A model generated the notes under the pieces. It had not been told where the DNA came from and ran no database searches. It saw only the letters and a program-made list of their open reading frames with translations. Source: a virus (taxonomy: Duplodnaviria > Caudoviricetes). Taken from it: a stretch of DNA of 64,000 bases. Shown piece by piece: positions 1 through 10,578 of the stretch (positions are counted from its first letter, which is position 1; each line of letters starts with the position of its first letter). Both the position numbers and the translations under genes were made by a program. The DNA is taken from IMG/VR virus record IMGVR_UViG_3300014205_000194, positions 28,872 to 92,871 of that record, one strand, 5' to 3'.

Positions 1-33
1 GGTACTCCTCTACCAACTACCAACGAGGCATGA

Positions 34-1101
34 ATGAAGATTGTAATATTAGGTGATGTTCATATAGGGTGTAGAAACGATAGTATACAATTCCATAGAC
101 ACCTCAGTAAATTCTACGAGCACTGTCTATTCCCATTCATGGAAGAACATAACATCAAAGATATACTACAAACTGGCGATTTGTTTGATCGTAGAAAGTA
201 TATCAATTTTAATTCGATGTATCTCGCTAAAAAATATCTATTTGATCCGATGTATGTAAAGGATATAACTTTTCACACTCTCATCGGCAATCATGATGTG
301 TATTTTAGAGATAAGTTAGATGTGAATTCTACTCAGCTATTGTTAGATGGATATGACAACATATTTGTCTATGATAGACCAACTACAGTATCTTTCGGTG
401 GCGCGGCGATTGATATTATTCCTTGGATTTGCGATGATAACGAGCAACAGATAAAACAGTTCATCAATAACAGCAAATCTACTCTTTGCATAGGTCACTT
501 CGAGCTATCCGGTTTCGAGATGTATATTGGTAGTGTATTTACCGGTGGTATGGATAGGTCGGAATTATCCAAATATGATATGGTATTTTCTGGTCACTTT
601 CACCACAAATCTAGCACAGGAAATATCAATTATGTCGGTACCCCGTATGAGTTGACTTGGGCAGACTACAATGATCCGCGTGGGTTTCATGTGTTTGATA
701 CCAGCACAAGAGATTTGATTTTCATTGAGAATCCATTTAAACTATTCCATAAAATAATCTACGACGGCGATCAGGAGACTAAGTTTACAATTAGATCCAA
801 GCAGTTTTCTAGATATAACGAAACCATTGTAAAAGTTATCGCCACTAATAAAAAGAACGTCGTTCTATTCGATTCGTTTATGGATCTGCTATATAAGGTC
901 GGTCCTTTTGATGTATCTATCGTCGAGGACTTCGTAGATTACTCTAGTGTAGCTGTGGATGATGTTGTCGACCAGAGCGACGATGCAATAACTTCTATTG
1001 AAAAATATATTGATAATATTGGGGTTTCGTTGGATAAGCAGCGTCTTAAAAACTACATGAGAACTGTCTATACCGAATCTCAGAACTTACAAGGAATATA
1101 A
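34..1101 (+). CDS. 47: Recombination endonuclease subunit (Mre11/SbcD-like), T4 gp47
   Basis: Metallophosphoesterase motifs GDVHIG, GDLFD, GNHD, GHFH; directly upstream of gp46. Confidence 0.95.
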   Translation: MKIVILGDVHIGCRNDSIQFHRHLSKFYEHCLFPFMEEHNIKDILQTGDLFDRRKYINFNSMYLAKKYLFDPMYVKDITFHTLIGNHDVYFRDKLDVNSTQLLLDGYDNIFVYDRPTTVSFGGAAIDIIPWICDDNEQQIKQFINNSKSTLCIGHFELSGFEMYIGSVFTGGMDRSELSKYDMVFSGHFHHKSSTGNINYVGTPYELTWADYNDPRGFHVFDTSTRDLIFIENPFKLFHKIIYDGDQETKFTIRSKQFSRYNETIVKVIATNKKNVVLFDSFMDLLYKVGPFDVSIVEDFVDYSSVAVDDVVDQSDDAITSIEKYIDNIGVSLDKQRLKNYMRTVYTESQNLQGI

Positions 1102-2825
1102 TGGCTCAGATCGTATTTGAAAAGGTAAGATATAAGAACTTCTTATCTACTGGTAATATATTCCTAGAGGTGCCATTAAATCAATATAAGACTATGTTGA
1201 TTGTCGGTAAGAATGGTCGCGGTAAGAGTATTGTGACCGAGGGCATCGTATTCGCTCTTTTCGATAAGTCATTTCGTGGACTTAATAAACCGGCTCTGGT
1301 CAACTCCATTAATGGAAAAGATTGTGTGGTAGAGTTGGAATTTTCTATTGGCATCTCTAAGTATAAGATTGTTCGTGGAATCAAGCCCGCTATATTTGAG
1401 ATATGGGAGAATGGATCCCTGATTGGGCAGGATGCAGCTACCAAAGATTATCAAAAATATCTCGAAGAAGTTATCCTTCGATTCAATTATAAAGCATTTA
1501 CTCAGATTGTAATTCTAGGTAGTTCCTCGTATATTCCGTTCATGAAATTGAATGCTGCCGCCCGCAGGGATATCATCGAAGATTTGTTGGATATCCGGGT
1601 ATTCTCTGCTATGAATGTCGTAGCCAAGGATAAGGCTAGTCAGATTAAAAATGCTATATCGGAAACCATCGCTTCAATTGAGACTACTCTAGAGAAGTTA
1701 CAGCTTCAGAAGAAGTACATCGAAGATAAAAAGAAGGACGTTAGCTCGCAGGTAGAATCAAAACAGAAAGAATGTTCTGATATTGAAGCAAATATCAACG
1801 AACACGTAACTGAGATTGGTGTCATCCAGAAGCACGTTGATATCTTAACTAATTCGATATCCGATTGTGATACAAAGAAGACCCAGTTATCCGAGTTGAA
1901 TAAAATTCACACCAAGCTGATAACGAATAAAAGCAAGATCATAAAGGAAATAGAATTCTACACAGATAATACAATATGCCCTACTTGTACTCAGGACATA
2001 CATGAAGAATTCAAGCGCGGCATTGTATGGAAAAAGACAGAAAAATCACAAGAACTATCGAGCGGGTTGACTGAGTTGGAGACTAGATTATCTTCGTTAA
2101 CTGTTCGTTTATCCGAAATCAGCAAGGTTCAGGATAATATATCCAAACATAACGAAGAGATTTCTAGAATTAATGCTACTATTGCTCAGATGAGGAAGTA
2201 TCAGAAAAAGACTCTGGGTGAGATAGAGGCACTACAGAATAAGAATGTTATCGAGGGTGACTTGGAGTCCACTGCCAAGGAACTGTATACCTCGTACCAG
2301 ACAGCAAAACAAACCAAGACAGAATTGACGATAGAGCAGGAGTACGCAAACGCCGCGCTGGCCCTACTAAAGGATTCTGGCATCAAGGCGAAGATTGTTC
2401 AGCAATATCTACCTATTATCAATAAGCTGGTCAACAAATATCTGACGACCATGGGTCTGTTTGTCTCTTTCAATTTAGATGAAGAATTCAAGGAAACAAT
2501 CAAGTCCAGACACCGAGATAACTTCTCATACAATAACTTTTCAGAAGGACAACGTATGAGAATTGACTTGGCCCTGTTGTTTACATTTAGAGCAGTTGCC
2601 AAGATAAAGAACAGTGTCCATACCAACTTGTTGATAATGGATGAGATTTTCGATTCGTCATTCGATCAAGAAGGCAAAGAAATTCTCATTACGATGATCG
2701 ATGAGCTAAGTAAGGACACAAATATTATGGTGATTTCGCATACAACCGATCAATGGGCAGATAAATTCCACGCAGTGATGAAAGTGGACATGGAAAAAAA
2801 CTTTACTACTATGGTGATAGAATGA
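1101..2825 (+). CDS. 46: Recombination endonuclease subunit (Rad50/SbcC-like), T4 gp46
   Basis: Walker A GKNGRGKS, coiled coil with CPTC zinc hook, FSEGQ signature, MDEIFD Walker B. Confidence 0.95.
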   Translation: MAQIVFEKVRYKNFLSTGNIFLEVPLNQYKTMLIVGKNGRGKSIVTEGIVFALFDKSFRGLNKPALVNSINGKDCVVELEFSIGISKYKIVRGIKPAIFEIWENGSLIGQDAATKDYQKYLEEVILRFNYKAFTQIVILGSSSYIPFMKLNAAARRDIIEDLLDIRVFSAMNVVAKDKASQIKNAISETIASIETTLEKLQLQKKYIEDKKKDVSSQVESKQKECSDIEANINEHVTEIGVIQKHVDILTNSISDCDTKKTQLSELNKIHTKLITNKSKIIKEIEFYTDNTICPTCTQDIHEEFKRGIVWKKTEKSQELSSGLTELETRLSSLTVRLSEISKVQDNISKHNEEISRINATIAQMRKYQKKTLGEIEALQNKNVIEGDLESTAKELYTSYQTAKQTKTELTIEQEYANAALALLKDSGIKAKIVQQYLPIINKLVNKYLTTMGLFVSFNLDEEFKETIKSRHRDNFSYNNFSEGQRMRIDLALLFTFRAVAKIKNSVHTNLLIMDEIFDSSFDQEGKEILITMIDELSKDTNIMVISHTTDQWADKFHAVMKVDMEKNFTTMVIE

Positions 2826-3361
2826 CACAGAAAATGTTGAAATTTGTTAATGGTATGATGGTAGAATACTACCTGTATGATCTCATTGATAAATATGATC
2901 CGATTTTGAAAACGAAGTGTACCGAATTCGATTTTGCTTATCCCCCTACTAATCCAGAAACTCTATCCATTTCCTTATTGCAGACGATGATTAAATATAA
3001 GGGGCTCGGGTTAGCCGCAAATCAAGTAGGATTAAAATATCGTGTGTTCGTGATGGGATCGGGCGATACTTGGTATTCCTGTTTCAACCCAGTAATTATC
3101 GGTATGTCCGGTGAGGAAGTAAAAGAAGAGGGTTGTCTGTCACACCCGGGGTTATTATTGCATATTAAACGAGCGAGCGTCGTTAATCTGAAATATTTCG
3201 ATCACAAGGGCGTAGAGAAAACTGATACTTTCACTGGGCTAACTGCCAAGATTATACAGCATGAAATGATGCATCTGGATGGACTTTCGTTCACTGACAT
3301 GGTACCGAAAGTCACGTTGCAGCGGGCACAGGGCAAGATTAAGCGCAACCTAAAGTTATAA
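2822..3361 (+). CDS. def: Peptide deformylase
   Basis: GLGLAANQVG, EGCLS and QHEMMHLDG motifs. Confidence 0.93.
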   Translation: MTQKMLKFVNGMMVEYYLYDLIDKYDPILKTKCTEFDFAYPPTNPETLSISLLQTMIKYKGLGLAANQVGLKYRVFVMGSGDTWYSCFNPVIIGMSGEEVKEEGCLSHPGLLLHIKRASVVNLKYFDHKGVEKTDTFTGLTAKIIQHEMMHLDGLSFTDMVPKVTLQRAQGKIKRNLKL

Positions 3362-3395
3362 CGACCACTCCTTTATAATAAAAACGTATAAAACT

Positions 3396-3448
3396 AAACT
3401 CTAGTAGAATCAATGACTTAGCGTAAGTTGTTGTTTTTGCTGGAGTTT
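3396..3448. repeat. 53-bp imperfect palindrome (copy 1) upstream of an early promoter
   Basis: AAACTCTAGTAGAATCAATGACTTA-GCG-TAAGTTGTTGTTTTTGCTGGAGTTT; related copies at 14315 and 60860; TATAAT at 3477-3482. Confidence 0.8.
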
Positions 3449-3520
3449 TACTATATACGAACCGATCCAGCGACTGTATAATGGACGCATACAGTAAGTA
3501 ATCCGTTGGAGTAAGATGAA

Positions 3521-3820
3521 ATGGCAAACCTCATCAAAGACCTCACCGACCGCATCGAAGGATACCGCGCTGACACCAAAACTCCTTGCAAAAACTACGC
3601 GACCGAAGCTGCTGCCGAAAGGGCTACCGCGAAGATGGCCCAGGCTGCTGCCAATTACTTCAGCAAAGACGGTAAAGGTACTACATCAGCCAACTACGTC
3701 GTATTCTACGTAAAGCCATGGGGTCGCTGGGTTGGTTGCATTGATATGTCAGAACTGGTTAATCGTCCCGACTCAACAGGCGGATACATGGGATATTGCA
3801 CTGGGTTCTTTACTTATTAA
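3521..3820 (+). CDS. Hypothetical early protein
   Basis: 99-aa ORF with GGAG upstream, following the palindrome/promoter cassette. Confidence 0.75.
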   Translation: MANLIKDLTDRIEGYRADTKTPCKNYATEAAAERATAKMAQAAANYFSKDGKGTTSANYVVFYVKPWGRWVGCIDMSELVNRPDSTGGYMGYCTGFFTY

Positions 3821-3837
3821 TCGAATCATATTATAAT
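3809..3837 (+). promoter_or_regulatory. Sigma70-type promoter
   Basis: TTTACT-N17-TATAAT upstream of the VWA gene. Confidence 0.6.
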
Positions 3838-3859
3838 CTAATCACATCTAGTATAAAGG

Positions 3860-5896
3860 ATGCTTGAGTTGAATATTCAATCACAAAAAGCAATTCTCGC
3901 TAAACTTCTCGCGACAGAAGACGTGTTCGTTGTTCATAGCGAAATTGCTGATACTGCATCATTTGACCTAGAATCCCGAGCGCTCACTCTACCGGTATGG
4001 AAAAATATTTCACCCGAGCTCTATGACCTTTTTGTTGGTCACGAAGTGGGCCATGCCCTATATACACCAAAAGAAGAATGGTTGGCTGCAATTAATTCGC
4101 TAGGTGAATCCTCCGGGGCATTCAAGAGCTTTTTGAATGTAATAGAAGATGCTCGAATCGAAAAGCTCATTAAACGTAAATTTCCGGGAATCCGCAAATC
4201 CTTCTTTTCTGGATATTCAGAACTGCTAGATAAAGACTTTTTTGGTATTAATGGGTACGACCAATCCAAATTGGATAGTATGTCGATTATCGATCGTATT
4301 AATGTGCATATGAAGACTGGCTCATTAACCAATATTAATTTCAAACCAAACGAAAAGGTATATGTCGAGCGAATCGAGAATCTACCCACATTCGATGAGA
4401 CAATCGCCCTTGCTAAGGAATTGTATGAATATTCTAAGGAAGAGGCGAAGACTAACAGAGACCCGACCGATGTGTATATCGAAGAAATTGGTGCTAACAC
4501 ACAAGACAATTTCGACGCGCATTCGAAAGATCTAGTGTCTACTGATAAAAGAAAACACGTCTATTTGAATCTACCAAAAGCGGATTTATCTAAGATCATC
4601 GTCCCATATAAAACCGTTCAGGAGACATTCGATAAGAGCTCGGTGTTGTCATTCGGTGTTTTTTATGAGCCGACTATGAAATCTTTGTATGCTAGGATGG
4701 TTAGTCGTACCTCTCGGCACATTCAGGTTCTAGTAAAAAATTTCGAGATGTACAAGAATGCTAAGCAATATGCACGCGAACGCATTTCCAGGAGCGGCGA
4801 TCTAGATACAAAACGGTTGCACTCTTATAAGATGGTCGATGATCTATTTAAGCGTATCACGACCACGGACAAGGGTAAATCCCATGGGCTCGTTCTCTAT
4901 ATGGATATGTCTGGTTCTATGCACAATTGTCTAGCAGAGACTGTAGAGCAATTGTTGATTCTTACTGGATTTTGTCAGAAGGTAGGTATTAATTTTGAGG
5001 TATATGGGTTCTGTAGTGCGCCCTCCCCGGACAATCTAAACCACGATTATTCTGCTTGTTTTGAGCACGATAAGTCTAGGTATTTTTCTTTTGCGAAACA
5101 TCGGGTAACCGCTACATTCCATTTACGAGAATTGTTGAGTTCTAACATGTCGCCGAATGAATATAAAAGAGCGGCGTCTATGCTACTATTGGTATCCAAC
5201 TACACCCGCTCCGCAGACGACGGCTATTTCGATATTATCCACATACTTTCATCGAACCCATCGGTACCTGGTAGAATGCAACCTAATCAGAATGGTTTTT
5301 TATTACATTCTACACCACTAAGTCTCACCGCCATGGCCTCGTTCGAAGTAGTGAAGCAATTCAAACAACGTTATAAAAATGACATTGTGAATGTGGTATA
5401 TCTGACCGACGGTCGAGATGATATAATCGATATCATCGTGCCCTGTTCAGCCACATCCTATGCACAAGAGCTTATATTTAAAGATGGATGCCCAACTGGG
5501 TCAATCGTACATATAGTCCATCCACAAACCAAGGTTTGTAGGACACGCGAAACGAATCTAACAGAAACCTTGTTATCTCTCCTAGGTGAGGTCGAGGGCG
5601 TCAATCATGTCGGGTTTTTCTTATGTTCCGATAAAAGATCATTAGACACCATAACAAAACAAAGGGGATTATCTTCTAAATGTGTTGCTGAAGCGCGGTC
5701 GAGGGGATGGATTGAGTTGAACGAATGCGGGTTTAATTCTTATTATCTAATTAATTTGGGGTTTTCTACAACAGAAGATGTCATTGGAGAATCTGATACT
5801 ACCGGTCAGATTTCTAAGAAATTTATGAGAGGTCTCCAGAATAATCGAGCCACTCGTACTATTCTGGCTAATTTTGCTAAACAGATTGCAATCTAG
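3860..5896 (+). CDS. CobT-like metallopeptidase/VWA-domain protein
   Basis: HEVGH (HExxH), NVIEDARIE, MIDAS motif DMSGS and LTDG; paired with a MoxR ATPase. Confidence 0.85.
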   Translation: MLELNIQSQKAILAKLLATEDVFVVHSEIADTASFDLESRALTLPVWKNISPELYDLFVGHEVGHALYTPKEEWLAAINSLGESSGAFKSFLNVIEDARIEKLIKRKFPGIRKSFFSGYSELLDKDFFGINGYDQSKLDSMSIIDRINVHMKTGSLTNINFKPNEKVYVERIENLPTFDETIALAKELYEYSKEEAKTNRDPTDVYIEEIGANTQDNFDAHSKDLVSTDKRKHVYLNLPKADLSKIIVPYKTVQETFDKSSVLSFGVFYEPTMKSLYARMVSRTSRHIQVLVKNFEMYKNAKQYARERISRSGDLDTKRLHSYKMVDDLFKRITTTDKGKSHGLVLYMDMSGSMHNCLAETVEQLLILTGFCQKVGINFEVYGFCSAPSPDNLNHDYSACFEHDKSRYFSFAKHRVTATFHLRELLSSNMSPNEYKRAASMLLLVSNYTRSADDGYFDIIHILSSNPSVPGRMQPNQNGFLLHSTPLSLTAMASFEVVKQFKQRYKNDIVNVVYLTDGRDDIIDIIVPCSATSYAQELIFKDGCPTGSIVHIVHPQTKVCRTRETNLTETLLSLLGEVEGVNHVGFFLCSDKRSLDTITKQRGLSSKCVAEARSRGWIELNECGFNSYYLINLGFSTTEDVIGESDTTGQISKKFMRGLQNNRATRTILANFAKQIAI

Positions 5897-5914
5897 CCTA
5901 TTATTTGTTATAAT
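5886..5914 (+). promoter_or_regulatory. Sigma70-type promoter
   Basis: TTGCAA-N17-TATAAT. Confidence 0.55.
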
Positions 5915-5952
5915 ACTCCGGTAAATTGATATTAACCTAATATAGGAACTAT

Positions 5953-7104
5953 ATGATGAGACATTTTCGTGATGAACACACCCGTGATGAGTTTATCGAG
6001 AAAGCGAAGTCTACCCTGGGTAGTAGTGCGGAACGCGACACCATCGCCAAATTTGCCGCTGATAATGGATATGCACTTCCATATTTTATTTTCGACAACT
6101 CGCGTCGGGTTAGTCGCGGCACATATAGTCTCGAGTCGAATCCGACCACAACACATCCAGTCAAGAAAGAATCTGCCCCAGATACTACAGTACAAAATGT
6201 CGTCAGGATTGATGTTCGTAAAGTGGCTACTAACGTTACTGATTCTTTCGTGCCGGAGAAAGATCCTACCTACGAACCGTTCGGGTTCTATTCAGATTTG
6301 AAGAAAGTAATTAAATCTGGTCTGTTCTATCCTGTCTATATCACAGGGCTTTCTGGTAATGGTAAGACTCTGATGGTCGATCAAGTCTGTGCTGATCTCA
6401 AGCGCGAATTGGTTCGCGTAAATATCACCAAAGAAACCGACGAAACCGATCTGATTGGTTCGTATGAACTGGTCGATGGTAACACGGTGCGCCGCGAAGG
6501 CCCTGTAATCACAGCTATGCGTCGCGGTGCAATTCTGCTTCTGGATGAAACAGACTATGGCTCAGAACGTCTTTTGTGTCTACAGCCGATTCTCGAAGGC
6601 AAAGGTTATTTCGATAAGAAAACCGGTGAATTCATCCACCCAAAGACCGGGTTTAATGTAATTGCCACCGCTAACACCAAGGGCAAGGGATCGGACGATG
6701 GTCGTTTTATTGGTGCTAACGTATTGAACGAAGCCTTCTTGGAACGGTTTGCCATTACAGTCGAACAAGAATATCCCGCCGAAAAGGTAGAGCTAGCCAT
6801 TCTTAAGAATAATTTCGACCGACTGGGCATCAAAGATGAGGAGTCTGCAATCAAGTTGGTAAAATGGGCGGCGGTAATCCGCAAATCATTCGACGAAGGC
6901 GCAGTAGACGAGATTATCTCTACGCGCCGACTCGTACACATTGTTCGTGCATATGATATATTCTCCAATCTGAAGCGGGCGATTGAACTGTGTCTGAATC
7001 GGTTCGATAAAGATACAAAGGCCGCTTTCTACGATCTCTATGAGAAGATGCAAGCTCCTGCACAAGAAGAACCTAAAGAACCTAAAGAGCAAGTATTCTT
7101 CTAA
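5953..7104 (+). CDS. CobS-like MoxR AAA+ ATPase
   Basis: Walker A GLSGNGKT, LLLDE, ATANTKG, NEAFLERF; typical of T4-like phages. Confidence 0.9.
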   Translation: MMRHFRDEHTRDEFIEKAKSTLGSSAERDTIAKFAADNGYALPYFIFDNSRRVSRGTYSLESNPTTTHPVKKESAPDTTVQNVVRIDVRKVATNVTDSFVPEKDPTYEPFGFYSDLKKVIKSGLFYPVYITGLSGNGKTLMVDQVCADLKRELVRVNITKETDETDLIGSYELVDGNTVRREGPVITAMRRGAILLLDETDYGSERLLCLQPILEGKGYFDKKTGEFIHPKTGFNVIATANTKGKGSDDGRFIGANVLNEAFLERFAITVEQEYPAEKVELAILKNNFDRLGIKDEESAIKLVKWAAVIRKSFDEGAVDEIISTRRLVHIVRAYDIFSNLKRAIELCLNRFDKDTKAAFYDLYEKMQAPAQEEPKEPKEQVFF

Positions 7105-7190
7105 GTATTTCTGGTAGGTCCAGAAATGCCGGGTAGAATCCGCGACTACTCGGCACAATTAGCGGAACTTAATTATGAAAGGTGAAATTT

Positions 7191-7436
7191 ATGGCAAAAA
7201 CGTCAAAAGAAAAATTGTTTAAACTGCTTAGTTCTGGTAAGAGCTATACGACGCGTCAGCTGCAATCGTGGCTTGGTGTGGATCGAATTGCTGCCCGTAT
7301 CCATGAGATGCGTCAGGCTGGTATGATGATTCAAACCGAAATCAAGACTAATAGCAAGGGCGAAAAGGTCTCGACGTATCGTTTCGGTAAACCGACCTCG
7401 TCTTCTCTGGGTATGCAAGCAGCCAAGAAAGCATAA
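7191..7436 (+). CDS. Winged helix-turn-helix DNA-binding protein
   Basis: IAARIHEMRQAG wHTH pattern; RBS AAAGGTG. Confidence 0.75.
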   Translation: MAKTSKEKLFKLLSSGKSYTTRQLQSWLGVDRIAARIHEMRQAGMMIQTEIKTNSKGEKVSTYRFGKPTSSSLGMQAAKKA

Positions 7437-7482
7437 TATAAATTGCTTTCTTCGACATAACACATCATAATAATTATAAATT

Positions 7483-7509
7483 GGTAGCCCGCAACGGGCT
7501 ACCTTTATT
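7483..7509. terminator. Intrinsic terminator between convergent genes
   Basis: GGTAGCCCG-CAA-CGGGCTACC followed by TTTATT. Confidence 0.75.
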
Positions 7510-9052
7510 GTCTTCTCCACACAAAGCATGACATGCCGCAGTCATATACTTTTAGCCAACCGTTATTGTAACAATTTTTGTCGGCTGTTAGAGACGGATC
7601 ATAGTTTTCTAGTTCGGTTGATAGCTTATGTTTCTGGAGCGCAATTCTGTTTTTTACTGCGCTTCCTCTGAAGTAGAAATAACCAGGTTTGGTGTCATGT
7701 GAGTGAACAAACCCAACTTTTTCGTATGATTTGCCATCAAATAGCCTTATATCAGAGAATGTTTGCATAGATTCTATTTGGTTGTTTGATATTGTATATT
7801 TGAATAGTTTAGAGAATCCACCAACGACCGTCGTGTTTAGTTTATGACAGAATCTAAGGAGTTCGTGTGTATATTGTTTATCGAACCTAGACTTACCGGC
7901 GCCGATTACAGACACCAATTCTCCGTCATGGAACAGGCCATATCTAATGGAGCAATTGACTGAACCTTGTATGTGGTTTTCTTCTAGGAAAGAACTTAGT
8001 TTTTTAGACGATATTGCTAAAACTGAACAGTTGCGCGCATATATACGTTTGGTTTTACCAACAATGCTCCTGACAATAGACTTTACTATTTCTTTTTTGT
8101 ATAACCATTCATTGTTCCAGAATTGATATAAACGAATGCCCTTTTCTTTGCATAGATTGTGTTTTTGAATATGACGCTCTTTATCTTCAGCATGCCAATA
8201 TAGTCCATTATATTCAAAAGCAATATTTAAATCCCTGATGTAGATGTCTAGTTCTTTTGGATTAATTATTCTTCTGTCGTTGGATTGTACGTGATATTCG
8301 AATAGAGACTGCACAAATTCATGGAATTGTTTTTGTTCTTTGCCATACTCAGACGGAAATTGATTTGGTTCTATGTTGTATTTTTGGAACCACAGCCAAA
8401 CGGTTCTTGGAGTAGCGCCAAGTTCTTCTGCGATCTTCAATGTGCTCTTGGTTTTATTTTCTTCGATCAACCATTCCTTGGATCGTAGAGTTGGATACGT
8501 ATGATCTTTAGATGCTTGCATTTTTTGTATAACACTGGGGGCCTGTGTGGTATGTTTAACGCCATAACGTTCTAGGCATGTCTGCATACTTTTGTCTTTA
8601 TTGTTATAATATTCGTTGCCATGGCGATCTAATTTTGTTTGTTTGATCTTAGTGACAGATTCTTTTGTCGAAAAATAGTGTTCTACTCCATACTTTTCGA
8701 GATTGGTTTTCTTGACTTTTTCGTGTATAATAGTATAATCTCTATTAGTGGCAATTTTATTATTTCTCTCTGGGCAGACATACATACAATCCTTAGAGCA
8801 ATATTTTGTATAACCAACCTTGAAGCTAGAAAATTTTGATGGTTTATTGCAAACCACACAAAGACTTGGTTCATATTGGTCGTGATATATACTGTACACT
8901 TTATGAGGAATTGTATCCCCATATGACTGCATAAGTTCAGTTAGTTCTTTAGACAGGTTTTTGTTGTACCACCAAGTCTCAATACATACTCTGTTATTGA
9001 GACCACCAGTAACGGTGAGTAGGTTATTTTCTATCCAATGTTTATCTATCAT
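7505..9052 (-). mobile_element. Free-standing Hef-like homing endonuclease gene
   Basis: Only credible long minus-strand gene; CxxC...YCSxxC finger, KTNLEKYGV-type repeats, PD-(D/E)xK-like ELDIYI...AFEYNGLYWH, C-terminal FLEENHIQG/ELLRFC domain. Confidence 0.75.
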
Positions 9053-9100
9053 GATGATTTCCTATTTACTATTTGTTATAATTTGATTGGAGTAATGCTA

Positions 9101-9937
9101 ATGAATTTAGAAATAAAAGTGGATGATCTTAGGAAGAATAAGTTAATGATTTGCACGCCGATGTATGGGGGCATGGCCCAAGGCATGTATATGAAGTCCT
9201 GTTTGGATCTTCAGTCTGTTTGTGCCCAGTATGGCGTTGAAACTCGATTCTCTTTCATTTTCAACGAATCATTGATCACACGAGCACGTAATTATTTAGT
9301 GGATGAGTTCCTTCGGTCTGAATTTTCTCATCTGTTGTTTATTGACTCTGATGTACATTTCGACCCGAAAGATGTCATTGCAATGTTGGCTCTGGATAAA
9401 GATGTAATCGGAGCTCCATATCCTAAGAAATCTATTCGCTGGGGTGCAGTAAAAGAGGCAGTAATTCGCAATCCAAACATCGATCCTGCAGAATTAGAAA
9501 AAGTTACCGGTGATTATGTGTTTAATGCTGTATCGGGTACTGGTCAATTTAACATTGGCGAACCCCTACAAGTATTGGAACTTGGTACTGGTTTTATGAT
9601 GATTAAGCGAGAAGTATTCCCGAAATGGAAAGAACAATATCCTGAATTTAGCTATCGCCCGGATCATGTAGGACAAGCTAACTTCGGTGGAGACAGATAT
9701 ATCCATGCATACTTCGATACCGTGATCGACTCCAAACGAACCATTAATGTCGCGGGTGAGCAAAAAGAAGTCGGTGGGTCTGATCGATATTTATCAGAAG
9801 ATTACCATTTCTGTCAATTCTGGCGCAACATGGGTGGTGAGATTTGGCTCTGTCCTTGGATGCAAACATATCATATCGGAACCTATGCGTTCCATGGTAA
9901 CCTTGCTGCTGTCGCTGCAAATGTTGGTTCTCTGTGA
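9101..9937 (+). CDS. GT-A fold glycosyltransferase-like protein
   Basis: TPMYGG, NESLITRARN, FIDSD (DxD), YLSEDY; start moved to the ATG after GGAG. Confidence 0.75.
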   Translation: MNLEIKVDDLRKNKLMICTPMYGGMAQGMYMKSCLDLQSVCAQYGVETRFSFIFNESLITRARNYLVDEFLRSEFSHLLFIDSDVHFDPKDVIAMLALDKDVIGAPYPKKSIRWGAVKEAVIRNPNIDPAELEKVTGDYVFNAVSGTGQFNIGEPLQVLELGTGFMMIKREVFPKWKEQYPEFSYRPDHVGQANFGGDRYIHAYFDTVIDSKRTINVAGEQKEVGGSDRYLSEDYHFCQFWRNMGGEIWLCPWMQTYHIGTYAFHGNLAAVAANVGSL

Positions 9938-9951
9938 AAGGAGAACCAACC

Positions 9952-10578
9952 ATGCACATAGTAGGATTGACTGGTTTTATTGGTAGCGGTAAAGATACAG
10001 TTGGTGACTTTTTCGTGGAGTGTGGGTACGAGAAGGTCAGCTTCGCCGATAAACTGAAAGATGGGGTCGCCGTAATCTTCGGATGGGATCGAGAATTGGT
10101 CGAGGGTGACACCAAGGAATCTCGCGAGTGGCGAGAAATGAAAGATGCATATTGGTCCGACATGCTCGGGTATGAGGTTACGCCGAGGTCAATGCTACAA
10201 AGATTCGGTACCGATGCCTGTAGGAATGTAGTCGGGGTTAATATCTGGGTGGGTGCGTTAATTCGATCGTTGGATCCGACCAAGAAATATATCTGTACTG
10301 ATGTTAGATTTCCTAATGAAATTGCTGCTATTCGATCAGTTGCCGGTAAGTTGATTCGGATCCGTCGTGGCAATGATCCAATCTGGTATAACCTAGCATA
10401 TTCTGAAAATCAAATACCAAGCGTCAAATTAATGTCTAAATATCACCCAGAAGTGCATTATAGTGAGTGGGCCTGGGTAGGCACAGAGTTTGATTATGTA
10501 ATCTCTAATGATTACGATATAGGCGTATTGGAAGATGATACGCTTAATATAATCAAACACATTGAAAAATCCAATTAA
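9952..10578 (+). CDS. 1: Deoxynucleoside monophosphate kinase (T4 gp1-like)
   Basis: GFIGSGKDT P-loop, SFADKLK, LQRFGTD, DVRFPNE, HYSE. Confidence 0.92.
   Translation: MHIVGLTGFIGSGKDTVGDFFVECGYEKVSFADKLKDGVAVIFGWDRELVEGDTKESREWREMKDAYWSDMLGYEVTPRSMLQRFGTDACRNVVGVNIWVGALIRSLDPTKKYICTDVRFPNEIAAIRSVAGKLIRIRRGNDPIWYNLAYSENQIPSVKLMSKYHPEVHYSEWAWVGTEFDYVISNDYDIGVLEDDTLNIIKHIEKSN

Noticed and set aside
3860-7104. Cobalamin biosynthesis (cobST) supporting NrdJ
   Set aside because: No CobN or other cob genes; this is the generic MoxR/VWA pair common in T4-like phages
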